Assembly (NCBI GenBank): GCA_002269645.1
Contig: NIVC01001763.1
Span: 1 to 64,000, forward strand
Source: Macrostomum lignano
Taxonomy: Eukaryota
Direction: 5' to 3'
Length of the DNA stretch: 64,000 nt
Shown here one piece after another: positions 47,963-60,100 of the stretch (positions are counted from its first letter, which is position 1; each line of letters opens with the position of its first letter). The position numbers and the translations under genes were made by a program. A model generated the notes under the pieces. That model did not search any database and was not told where the DNA came from. It saw nothing but the letters and a program-made list of their open reading frames with translations.

Positions 47963-50017
47963 TCAAGGCTAGATAAATTTATTAAACAAAAAATAAAATT
48001 GTTCATATATTGAATTAAGACATTATCGATAGTGTTGAAAGTAAAAGTCAAGTATATGTGCAGGGCCCCTCCCAATTCCTTTATAAAATTGATAATTGTA
48101 TAACTCATTTCGAATGCATGCCAAATCTAGGAAAACACATTTGTTATAAAACATGTATTTTTCATAATATTTTATGTGAACTAATTTTTGTTAAAACTAG
48201 CAGTAAATTTTAGTATAAATAGAAGCGTTTTGGCAGAGGAGAGATCAACCTCATGCATTGCAAAGCCAGTATCGAATAGTAAGAGTTCCGAGTAAATGTT
48301 ATTGAAGATTGTTTTCTGAGTTGATTTATTTTATAAAGTGAAGTGAAGTAGATAGAAATGTATGCAGTATATACTACTGAGAAGTGGAATCAATAAGAGA
48401 ATACAAAGTAGATCCTAAATAAATACATGCAAGAATAACTGGAGGCTGACCCTCTGATCTTGGTAATACTTAGGACTGGAAATACATAAAGTACATATAC
48501 CAGTAGACCAATATACTGCTCAGGCCAAATTATTAATAGAATGCTACCAGAACAATAGTAAACAATACCAGAATAACAGGAGAACAATACTTGTAAGGGC
48601 TAAATATAATAGTATTCTAAGAACAATATACTCAGACAAATTTTCAAATATATACTCAGACAAATACTCAGATATGTACTCAGACTTATTCTAAGAATCA
48701 TTTTTTTCAAACTTATTCTAAGATTAATAAAACTCATAATTTATTAATAGAATAGTCTTAGTGGCAGCTATCAACATTTATAAAGACAGAAGTTAAGCCC
48801 TGTTATAACTTTGGTGACCTCAGTAGGATTTTTAATAGAGAGAAGCTTTAGCCCATTACATATATAGATATTTCTAAGTATAAAATTGTGGGTAGATATA
48901 TGAGGGGTGTCCCAAAAGTTGGTGCACTTTCTTCACTATAGCCTTTTCTGACCGATCAGAAATATTAAGTCTGTTGCAGTTGAAAAGAGAATTATCTGCC
49001 CATTAAAATGACTTTCTGTTTATTTCTGTATCTGCTGGCATTCTTAAAATATGAGCACTTTTCTGCCTCATCCCCTGTGCTACTTTACAAATTGCCATAG
49101 ACTAAAGCTTTGTACCTGATGCATGAAACAATGAAACATTCAACGAATCAACAAAACATCCACAACATGAAAGCTGAGGAAAGAACAGTCAAAAGTTAAT
49201 CATCAACATTGTCCTGAGGCTTCTCCACATAGTCATTACTGCGCTGCACACTTCTGCCATTGGCTGTGCATGTTGTCAATGTCATCAATCAGCAAAATCT
49301 GAGCACTGCATCTCATGAAAGAGAACTTGGCAAGTCAATGCTTCCAGGCTCCTACAACAAGCAAAGATTTGTCCATGCAGTAGCTTCTTCCTCTTTGAAA
49401 AAAGGCAAAGTCAGCTGTTGACAAATCAGGAGAGTAGGGTAGCAGTGAGAGCAGCACAAAATTTTCCTGCTTGATTGTCTTCTCCATTTTCTTGGCCATG
49501 TGGGACATGCCTTGTTGACATGCATAGCCAATGGCAGAAGTGTGCAGCGCAGTGGTGACTATGTGAAGAAGCCTTAGGACAATGTTGATAATTAACTTTT
49601 GACTGTTCTTTCTTTAGCTTTCATGTTGCTGATATTTTGTTGATTTGTTGAATGTTTTGTTGTTTCATGCATCAGGTACAAAGCTTTGGTCTATGGCAAT
49701 TTGTAAAAGTAGCACAGGGGGTAGGGCAGAAAAGTGCTCATATCTCAAGAATGCCAGCGGATATAGAAATAATCAGAAAGTCATTTTAATGGGCAGATAA
49801 TTCTTTTTTCAATTGCAACAGACTTAATATTTCTGATTGGTCAGAAAAGGCTATAATGAAGAAAGTGCACTGACTTTTGGGAAACCCCTTGTATACAACT
49901 TTTATGTAATAAACTTTATAATTAGCTATATTGTTGGCATTAATTTTTATTGTTTACAGTGTCCTAAATCAATATATGAACAATTTGTTTTTTTTAAATA
50001 AATTTAACTAGCCTTGA
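47963..50017. mobile_element. Old ~2-kb element defined by ~60-bp inverted ends; hosts the mariner-derived MITE
   Basis: TCAAGGCTAGATAAATTTATT...ATTGTTCATATATTGAATTAAGACA (47963-48024) is the diverged inverse of 49958-50017. No TSD was resolved. Confidence 0.45.
48901..49891. mobile_element. Tc1/mariner-derived non-autonomous element (991 bp) with ~372-bp inverted arms and TA TSD
   Basis: TA|TGAGGGGTGTCCCAAAAG ... CTTTTGGGAAACCCCTTG|TA. The arms align end to end. The inner end of the arm reads W-Q-K-C-(fs)-Q-R-S-G-D-Y-V-K-K at 49532-49571, like the mariner transposase C-terminal RWQKC...GDYVEK motif. Confidence 0.88.
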
Positions 50018-51640
50018 TCACAGATACTAGAATAACTAGATAGGCCATTCAGCACATTTGCATGCAGGCTACTTTCAGCTTAGTAGTAAGTTAAATAGAA
50101 GCATTTTTATTTATTTTTAAAGCCAAGGCTTATTATTTATTGGCTCTTATCCCCCAGCTTAAACCTTCCAACTGCACCCCTCCACACTACTCTCTACCTT
50201 TCCATCCAATTTCATTGCCTTTCTTGGAATTCTATTCTAAAGCTGCCATGTAAAATATATAAGCAACACTTTATTGAAGCCTAAGCCTAGTATAAGTATA
50301 CACTCAGCTCTATATATATTGCCTATATACTCTACATATATAATCGATATATACTGTAGAGCCTAAAGCCACTAACTAAAAGATGTAATCTAAAACACAG
50401 GCCTGTTTTCCCTGTTTTCACCACATTATCCATGAAGATGACAGTAAAGATCTCGATCTGCCTAATCTTTTACTTATTTCCTCTCTTCTCATTAAAAACC
50501 GAAAATATAGTAAAAATTATTAAATAAAATTACAAAGTTGAGACAGCATCAATAATTATTTATACAGTTCAAAACGATTAATCTAATGTCAATGAATCAC
50601 AATAAATATAAGTAGAAGAAGTATATAAATATAATAAATGATGTATACAACAAAATTAAAACGTAAGTGTGTAATTAAAGTTGGAATTTAAAAAATCAAA
50701 AGCATATTTTATGTAAAAGTTTCTTAAGGGTAATTTTAGCCATAGTTTGTTAACGTCAAACTTGAAGATACAAAAGTAGATATATTTAGTTATAACTATA
50801 TTGCTGCTATAACAACGCTAAAAATTTAGATTGTACAATTTACAAAGATTAGAACTTCTATTAACTTCGTAATTTCTGCAAGCTGTAGTAGCAAATGTTT
50901 GATTTCTTTGGCCAAGCAATTAAACGCAAGAAGACGCTTCCTATAAAACTTTTCGATTGCGAAACTTCTAGACACAACCCCTACTACTCGTACATATGAG
51001 CGTAGACTCAAAAAATGAACTTTGTACCTTTTACTGTATCGCAGTGTTTGAACATTGTCGAAAATCCAACCGAAAACTATTGATTTAATGTTTGGATCTT
51101 TTAGTTTTGCTTGATTAGAATTTGATAGAATTATTAAATTTGGTAAATTAATAATTTTTAATTATAATGGCTTAAATCCAACGCAATTAATGGGATTAGA
51201 GAAGGAAAGTATTTGTTTGCTTCACCAGACACTTACCTAGTGATATATTTTATGATGTTCTATGGTTATATGGCCTATTAGAAATTATACACTTTTAGTT
51301 GATCAAACAATAAATAGCATGGTCTCTTAAAATAAGTATACTCGCTTATGCAAGAACATACTATTTTAGGACATGCAGCAGAATTTATACTTGTGCATAT
51401 AGTTATATTAAATATGTTAAGCAGTCTCCATTTTAAATGCCAGCTACTCGTATGTGCTTTTTCGTCTGGTAAATTTTATGAAGAGAAAGAAATTTTTTAA
51501 TTAACAAAACTTTCAGTTTTAAAGTATCAATTTTCCGATACGCTAGATAAGCAGATGACTAAAATTTATTTGAATTCTTCTATAAAAATGTCTGTTAATT
51601 CGCTTTTAAACTGACTATTGCATGCTGAGCCAGCATCAAA

Positions 51641-54019
51641 ATGACAGAGCGACCTTTGGCGGAAAAAGTTGAGGAACTGCGCAACAAAATCAACCTGTTG
51701 GAGGGAGACAGGAAAGCCTACTATGAGAACAGCTATTACACCCAGAAGCAGAACAAGGAAAAGATTGGGCAGCTCCGCAAGGAGAACAAAGACCTGCGCA
51801 AGCAGCTCAAAGATCGGCTGTCAGCTGATGATCACGTGATCAATCAGGCCTTCCAGGACCGGCCGGTGGAGCGGGCGGCACTGTCCAACAAGACCGGGCG
51901 GGACGCCATCCAGACCATGGACTACAAGGTCAGCGACACCAAGAAGAAGCTGAACGCATTGAAGCACATGACGGCGGTGAAACAGAGGAAGCTGGACGAG
52001 CTGCAGCAGGAGAACAAGGAGATGGAGCAGGACGCCGAGGAGGCCAAGGCTACGGAGGAGGGCGAGAGCTACGAGGGCCGTCGACTGCGCGACCTGGAGA
52101 ACAAGATGGACAAGACCAACATGAAGCTGAAGGAGGCTGAGCACATCAAGCGAACCTACGAGCAGATCAAATCCCGGCTGCAGGAGGACCACCTGAGCTT
52201 CGGCAACACGCTTGACGCGATGGAGGCGGAGATTCGCGAAGGCCGAGAGGAGATCAGCGAGCTGGAGCGCACAGCCGAGGAGGCCAACCGCAGTGAGTAG
52301 CAGCAGCCAAGGGGTGTTCGCGGTTCGGACTTGAATTTTGCTTTGGTCTGTTGCTTTCCGTTTTTGAAATAAAGCGGAAATGCTAATTCTGAGCTAAGCC
52401 TTGATTTCCTTTTAATCTCTCTAATGCATTTTAAAACGAGTTTATCCTCCTGCTAAGACTTCGTTGCGGTCAAGCCTCGGTTATTGCGATTTACAGGGCA
52501 ATCGTTTGGCAAAAATGAAAATTTTGTTTCACACTGCCCAGATTTGCCTTGTAGTGAAGTTTACATTCAGCCGTATTCCAATATTTTTGGGACGAAGCCG
52601 TTCTTATCCGGCCCTCGGGTCCCTTGACACTTCACAATAGCAATTCGGCTCAATGTTCATCTCTCTTCTCAGATCACTCTCTCTCCCCTCTTCTCTCCCC
52701 TCTTCTCTCTTCTCTCCTCTCCCCTCTCCTCTCCCCTCTCCCCTCTCTCCTCTCCCCTCTCCCTCCTCTCTCCTCTCTCCTCTCCTCTCTCTCCTCTCCC
52801 CTCTCTCCTCTCCCCTCTCTTCTCTCCCCTCTCTCCTCTCTCCTCTCCCCTCTCTCTTCTCTCCTCTTCCCTCTCTCCTCTCTCCTCTCCCCTCTCTCTT
52901 CTCTCCTCTCCCCTCTCTCCTCTCCCCTCTCTCCTCTCTCCTCTCTCCTCTCTCCTCTCTCCTCTTTCTCCTCTGTAAAATTGCAAAAGCAGTGAGGAAC
53001 TACAAGTCTCCGATTTCCAATTCCCCCCCCCCGACCCCAACTCAACTTCAGGCAAAGAGGAGGCTGCGCACAAGCTCAAGAAGATGGAGGAGACAGTCTA
53101 TACCGAGCGCAAGCGTCGTGAGCAGGAGATCCACAAGCTCAAATCCGAGGCGGACGAGAAGAGGCTGCAGTACGAGAAGATGGAGCGACGCCAGGCCCAG
53201 CGAGACTCAACGCAGGACCAGGGCCCGGAGAGAACCTCGTCCTCCCTCGGCGACAGTCAGCAGGAGAAGATCACCGACCTGCAGGAGGCCTTCAAGCGCA
53301 TCAAGGAGGCCACAGGCGTCAGCGACCTGAATGAGGTGGTCATCCGCTTCGAGAACCAGGGCTCCACCCGGGAGCACCTCGAGGAGCTGAAGAAGGACTC
53401 CGAGAAGGAGACGCAGAGACTGCGAGCCGAAAGGGACACGCTAAAGACGCAGTTCGACGACGTGAAGTATTCCGGTGAGTGCAAACTGAGCTCCGGACAG
53501 AAGATTCTGGAGAACTACCAGACTCAGCTGCGCCGCGAGGAGGAAGACAGGGCCGCCGTGGAACAGGAGCTCGAGTCCGCCTCCAAGGTGTTGGTGCAGT
53601 GCAAGGCCGGCGTGGACCACCTGCACGAGAAGCTGTCGCACATCAAGGTGGCGCGCAGCCACGCCGCGCAGGCCCAGATTGATCCGTCAAGCGACGCCTA
53701 CGTTCTAGACGTGCTCGGCAAGTGCGAGGAGCGCCTGCTGAAGCTCATGGCGGAACTGGAAAAGGAGGACGTCGAGGCCGAGCTGAAGGCGATGCGAGCG
53801 GAGGAGTTCAACCAGCAGGTGGAGTCGAAGCTGCCGCAGCACAACGTGCGCATCAGCCTGGCCGGCCAGTCGCGGGAGAAGAGCTACGACGACGACTCGG
53901 ACTCGGCCGAAGACGACGGCGAAGTGCTGTCCCGGGCGGCCGTGAAGAAACAGTCGCAGCAGCTGATCGACCAGAAGACCAAGAAGCGGGTGGCGCGAAA
54001 GAAGAAGACCAAGAAGTGA
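51641..54019 (+). CDS. CCDC151: Outer dynein arm docking complex subunit CCDC151/ODAD3; 2 exons, 539 aa
   Basis: join(51641..52292,53052..54019), A|gtgagt...cttcag|GC, 1620 nt. All coiled-coil. [43 protein letters not shown] and the basic C-terminal tail match recalled CCDC151 ([40 protein letters not shown]). Confidence 0.92.
52672..52975. repeat. Intronic pure-pyrimidine (CT-rich) low-complexity tract
   Basis: About 300 bp of CTCTCCT/CTCCC units, ~75 bp before the acceptor. Confidence 0.95.
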
Positions 54020-54843
54020 ACAGACTGTTAAAATCGAATTCAAATGAACAATAGCATTTTGAGAGCTAAAAATAGACTACCAGCGAACGATTGAATCCAC
54101 TATAGGATTAAGTAAGGCTTTACCATAGACAGTCTCGCTTTGCATTGAACCAATGGTCTATAGAGTTTTGGCCATAGACATTCTACAGCGGGTCGGCTTA
54201 GGCTATGTATCTAAGTAATTATAACCATAGTTCTGACCATAGACAGTAGAAAAATTGCCCTAAATGCATGGATTTTCTATTGCAGTGGAACCCCTTGCTC
54301 GCTCCCAGTCTAGTTTAGCTCTCAAAAAACGCTCTCAAATTATTTTCTACACGACTGAACTGTTCTGTTGCGGAAACCCGGATTTGGCAAATTTTCCTAC
54401 TAATAGCCGCGAAATTATAATTTACAAAAAGCTCGCCCAAACGTAGCGATGACTGTCTTCTGTCTTCCCCGCGCGCTCGAGGCTGTGGCTATTCGGTATT
54501 AAAAATTTTCTCCGTTATTATTTTATATTCCCCTACCCGAGAGCCAGGAGTTTTTCCTGTGTTAACAACCGTGCTTCCTTGGACTTTCCGATTCGTGTCT
54601 TCCCAGCTCCCTTCTCTCCCCATGTTTATCGTCCCCGGCTGTGCACTCCACTGATCAAAACATTAATATTTTTTCTTGTTGCTCTGATTCAAGCCAATGA
54701 AATAAAAAAGCGTTGAAAAATATTTAGTATCATCCAAATCGGTCGTTCTTTGCTTGCGTTCACGTGAGTAAAATACGAGTACATTTGAAAGCAATTAATT
54801 TGAATTTAATTTTACCTGATTTTGTTCAGTAATCTGGGTAAAC

Positions 54844-56030
54844 CATGGGGTCATGGGGTCATGGGGGGTCAATTGGGGTCATAGGTCATGGGGTCATGGG
54901 GTCAATGGGGGACATGGGATCATGGGGGTCAATGGGGGTTATGGGTCATGGGGTCATGGTGATCATGGGGTCATGAGGGCCGATGGGGGTCAATGGGGGA
55001 CATGGGGTCATGGGGTCAATAGGGCATGGGGTCATGAGGGCCGATGGGGGTCAATGGGGGACATGGGATCATGGGGGTCAATGGGGGTTATGGGTCATGG
55101 GGTCATGAGGGCCGATGGGGTCAATGGGGGACATGGGATCATGGGGGTCAATGGGGGTTATGGGTCATGGGGTCATGGTGATCATGGGGTCATGAGGGCC
55201 GATGGGGTCAATGGGGGACATGGGGTCATGGGGTCATGGTGGTCATGGGGTCATGAGGGCCGATGGGGGTCAATGGGGGACATGGGATCATGGGGATCAA
55301 TGGGGGTTATGGGTCATGGGGTCATGGGGTCATGGGGTCATGGGGTCATGGGGTCAATGGGGTCATGGGGTCATGGGGTCATGGGGGTTATGGGTCATGG
55401 GGTCATGGGGTAATGGGGTCATGGGGTCATGGGGTCATGGGGTCAATGGGGTCAATGGGGTCATGGCGTCATGGGGTCATGAGGGCCGATGGGGGACATG
55501 GGATCATGGGGGTCAATGGGGGTTATGGGTCATGGGGTCATGAGGGCCGATGGGGGTCAATGGGGGACATGGGATCATGGGGGTCAATGGGGGTTATGGG
55601 TCATGGGGTCATGAGGGCCGATGGGGTCAATGGGGGACATGGGATCATGGGGGTCAATGGGGGTTATGGGTCATGGGGTCATGGTGGTCATGGGTCATGA
55701 GGGCCGATGGGGGTCAATGGGGGAAATGAAGTCATGGGGTCAATGGGGTCATGGGGTCATGGGGGTCATGGGGTCATGGGTCATGGTTGTCAATGGGGGT
55801 CATGGAGTCAATGGGGTCATGGGGTCAATGGGGTCATGGGGTCATGGGGGCCAATGGGGGTCAATGGGGGACATGGGATGATGGGGGTCAATGGGGGTTA
55901 TGGGTCATGGGGTCATGGTGGTCATGGGTCATGAGGGCCGATGGGGGTCAATGGGGACATGGGGTCATGGGGTCAATGGGGTCATGGGGTCATAGGGGTC
56001 AATGGGGGTCATGGGTCATGGGAGTCAATG
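54844..56030. repeat. G-rich compound minisatellite built from GGGGTCA(T/A) words
   Basis: GGGGTCAT, GGGGGTCAAT, GGGGGACAT and GAGGGCCGAT modules recur in larger blocks. Confidence 0.95.
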
Positions 56031-57145
56031 ATCAGGTCATAACCCCCTAAACGGCCCGACCATTAAAATTTCTTGATCATAATTTTTACCATTGCAAGTT
56101 AAAAGGTTGATGGCATACTTACAGGTATAAACACGATTTTAAAATGTTGCTTTTTTGCGCTTTATATTGGCGCTGATTGGCGCCGAGGCGATGAAAGGTA
56201 GGCAGCTTGCTGGTTGTGGATATCTGAGACTCTGAGGGTTCAGTGCAGAGGCAGCGGGCGGGTGCGGAGACTGTCTGTGGTAAATCCTCACTTTGTCCCA
56301 GGCAAACTGCAACACAAGTATACGGTAGATATCCATGCATGCAAGTGTTTTTAGAATCTCAGCAAGCATTCTTCGGGGATGCTCTTGGAAATCTCCATTC
56401 TCTTTGCACAAATCTATTAGAAAATATTTGATATAATCTCACTTGTCTTTCGTCTACAGAAGAAGAATCTGTGTATAGAATCTGTGGGTTGAGCCAATCA
56501 AGTAGAGAGAACTGCTATTTGGCAGCAGGAGATTTGGTTTTGCCCATAGACAGACCCATAGCTTGACCCTGAGAGTCCGCACTGTCTCCAACAGTTGTGT
56601 TGTCGTCCGGAACTGTGGGGCCATCCAAATCAAAATTGCTTTTTCTTTCGCATGTTGCCTCTTTTTCTGGGCAATTCTGTAATCAACGCGCACACATGGG
56701 CTCTGCAAAGCGTGAGGACAAAAGGCCCCACAGCAACCAGCTGTACTTGACAATTTAGCAATAAAGGCTTTAATCCCAGTTTGAATGGCGATGTAGGTTC
56801 CTCGGGTAGTTTAGCCATTCTCTCACTCCCATTTTCTGCAACAAGCAAATTTCCTGACCTGCAGCAGAAGCGGCATCAGCTGTCTTTCCTGGCGCACAGT
56901 AAAAGCAATTTTTTCAGCTCAATTTTGTTGGAACTGAAATTGGTGGGCCAGAATGCACCTGATCGATATTAGAATGCTGGTCCCGTCCTCAGCTGCAATG
57001 GCTCTACTCTTTCGTGGAAAGAAGTCCCAAATTCCAAATTGCAGGATTTCAGAATTAAATACCGGCGCGGCACCGTGCAGGTGCGTTGAATGCAATGGGG
57101 GAGTTTGGCTTGTCTTGTAAGTTGGTAAAAAGCCTTTCAGAGTGG

Positions 57146-60100
57146 CCAGCATGAAATTGTCAGGATGGTCAGAGTGAGATTGTCAGGATGGTCAGAGTGA
57201 AATTGTCAGGATGGTCAGAGTGAGATTGTCAGGATGGTCAGAGTGAGATTGTCAGGATGGTCAGAGTGAGATTGTCAGGATGGTCAGAGTGAGATTGTCA
57301 GGATGGTCAAAGTGAGATTGTCAGGATGGTCAGAGTGAGATTGTCAGGATGGTCAGAGTGAGATGGTCAGCATGAGATGGTCAGCATGAGATTGTCAGGA
57401 TGGTCAGAGTGAGATTGTCAGGATGGTCAGAGTGAGATGGTCAGCATGAGATGGTCAGCATGAGATTGTCAGGATGGTCAGAGTGAGATTGTCAGGATGG
57501 TCAGAGTGAGATTGTCAGGATGGTCAGCATGAGATTGTCAGGATGGTCAGAGTGAGATTGTCAGGATGGTCAGCATGAGATTGTCAGGATGGTCAGAGTG
57601 AGATTGTCAGGATGGTCAGAGTGAGATTGTCAGGATGGTCAGAGTGAGATTGTCAGGATGGTCAGAGTGAGATTGTCAGGATGGTCAAAGTGAGATTGTC
57701 AGGATGGTCAGAGTGAGATTGTCAGGATGGTCAGAGTGAGATGGTCAGCATGAGATGGTCAGCATGAGATTGTCAGGATGGTCAGAGTGAGATTGTCAGG
57801 ATGGTCAGAGTGAGATGGTCAGCATGAGATGGTCAGCATGAGATTGTCAGGATGGTCAGAGTGAGATTGTCAGGATGGTCAGCATGAGATTGTCAGGATG
57901 GTCAGAGTGAGATTGTCAGGATGGTCAGAGTGAGATTGTCAGGATGGTCAGAGTGAGATTGTCAGGATGGTCAGAGTGAGATTGTCAGGATGGTCAAAGT
58001 GAGATTGTCAGGATGGTCAGAGTGAGATTGTCAGGATGGTCAGAGTGAGATGGTCAGCATGAGATGGTCAGCATGAGATTGTCAGGATGGTCAGAGTGAG
58101 ATTGTCAGGATGGTCAGAGTGAGATGGTCAGCATGAGATGGTCAGCATGAGATTGTCAGGATGGTCAGAGTGAGATTGTCAGGATGGTCAGAGTGAGATT
58201 GTCAGGATGGTCAGCATGAGATTGTCAGGATGGTCAGAGTGAGATTGTCAGGATGGTCAGCATGAGATTGTCAGGATGGTCAGAGTGAGATTGTCAGGAT
58301 GGTCAGAGTGAGATTGTCAGGATGGTCAGAGTGAGATTGTCAGGATGGTCAGAGTGAGATTGTCAGGATGGTCAGAGTGAGATTGTCAGGATGGTCAGAG
58401 TGAGATTGTCAGGATGGTCAAAGTGAGATTGTCAGGATGGTCAGAGTGAGATTGTCAGGATGGTCAGAGTGAGATTGTCAGGATGGTCAGAGTGAGATTG
58501 TCAGGATGGTCAGAGTGAGATGGTCAGCATGAGATGGTCAGCATGAGATTGTCAGGATGGTCAGAGTGAGATTGTCAGGATGATCAGCATGAGATTGTCA
58601 GGATGATCAGCATGAGATTGTCAGCATGAGATGGTCAGCATGAGATTTTCAGGATGGTCAGCATGAGATTGTCAGGATGGTCAGAGTAAGATTGTCAGGA
58701 TAGTCAAAGTGAGATTGTCAGGATGGTCAAAGTGAGATTGTCAGGATGGTCAAAGTGAGATTGTCAGGATGGTCAGAGTGAGATTGTCAGGATGGTCAAA
58801 GTGAGATTGTCAGGATGGTCAGAGTGAGATTGTCAGGATGGTCAGCATGAGATTGTCAGGATGGTCAGAGTGAGATTGTCAGGATGGTCAAAGTGAGATT
58901 GTCAGGATGGTCAGAGTGAGATTGTCAGGATGGTCAGAGTGAGATGGTCAGCATGAGATGGTCAGCATGAGATTGTCAGTATGGTCAGAGTGAGATTCTC
59001 AGTATGGTCAGAGTGAGATTCTAAGGATGGTCAGAGTGAGATTGTCAGGATGGTCAAAGTGAGATTGTCAGGATGGTCAGAGTGAGATTGTCAGGATGGT
59101 CAAAGTGAGATTGTCAGGATGGTCAAAGTGAGATTGTCAGGATGGTCAGAGTGAGATTGTCAGGATGGTCAAAGTGAGATTGTCAGGATGGTCAGAGTGA
59201 GATTGTCAGGATGGTCAATGTGAGATTGTCAGGATGGTCAAAGTGAGATTGTCAGGATGGTCAAAGTGAGATTGTCAGGATGGTCAGCATGAGATTGTCA
59301 GGATGGTCAGAGTGAGATTGTCAGGATGGTCAGAGTGAGATTGTCAGGATGGTCAAAGTGAGATTGTCAGGATGGTCAAAGTGAGATTGTCAGGATGGTC
59401 AAAGTGAGATTGTCAGGATGGTCAGAGTGAGATTGTCAGGATGGTCAGAGTGAGATTGTCAGGATGGTCAAAGTGAGATTGTCAGGATGGTCAAAGTGAG
59501 ATTGTCAGGATGGTCAGAGTGAGATTGTCAGGATGGTCAGCATGAGATTGTCAGGATGATCAGCATGAGATTGTCAGCATGAGATGGTCAGCATGAGATT
59601 TTCAGGATGGTCAGCATGAGATTGTCAGGATGGTCAGAGTAAGATTGTCAGGATAGTCAAAGTGAGATTGTCAGGATGGTCAGAGTGAGATTGTCAGGAT
59701 GGTCAAAGTGAGATTGTCAGGATGGTCAAAGTGAGATTGTCAGGATGGTCAAAGTGAGATTGTCAGGATGGTCAAAGTGAGATTGTCAGGATGGTCAAAG
59801 TGAGATTGTCAGGATGGTCAGCATGAGATGGTCAGCATGAGATGGTCAGCATGAGATGGTCAGCATGAGATGGTCAGCATGAGATGGTCAGCATGAGATG
59901 GTCAGCATGAGATGGTCAGCATGAGATGGTCAGCATGAGATGGTCAGCATGAGATTTTCAGGATGGTCAGCATGAGATGGTCAGCATGAAATGGTCAGCA
60001 TGAGATGGTCAGCATGAGATGGTCAGCATGAGATGGTCAGCATGAGATGGTCAGCATGAGATGGTCAGCATGAGATTTTCAGGATGGTCAGCATGAGATG

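Noticed and set aside
56100-57140. Several overlapping short ORFs between the two large arrays
   Set aside because: All frames are interrupted, and no protein family or splice-consistent chain could be recognised.
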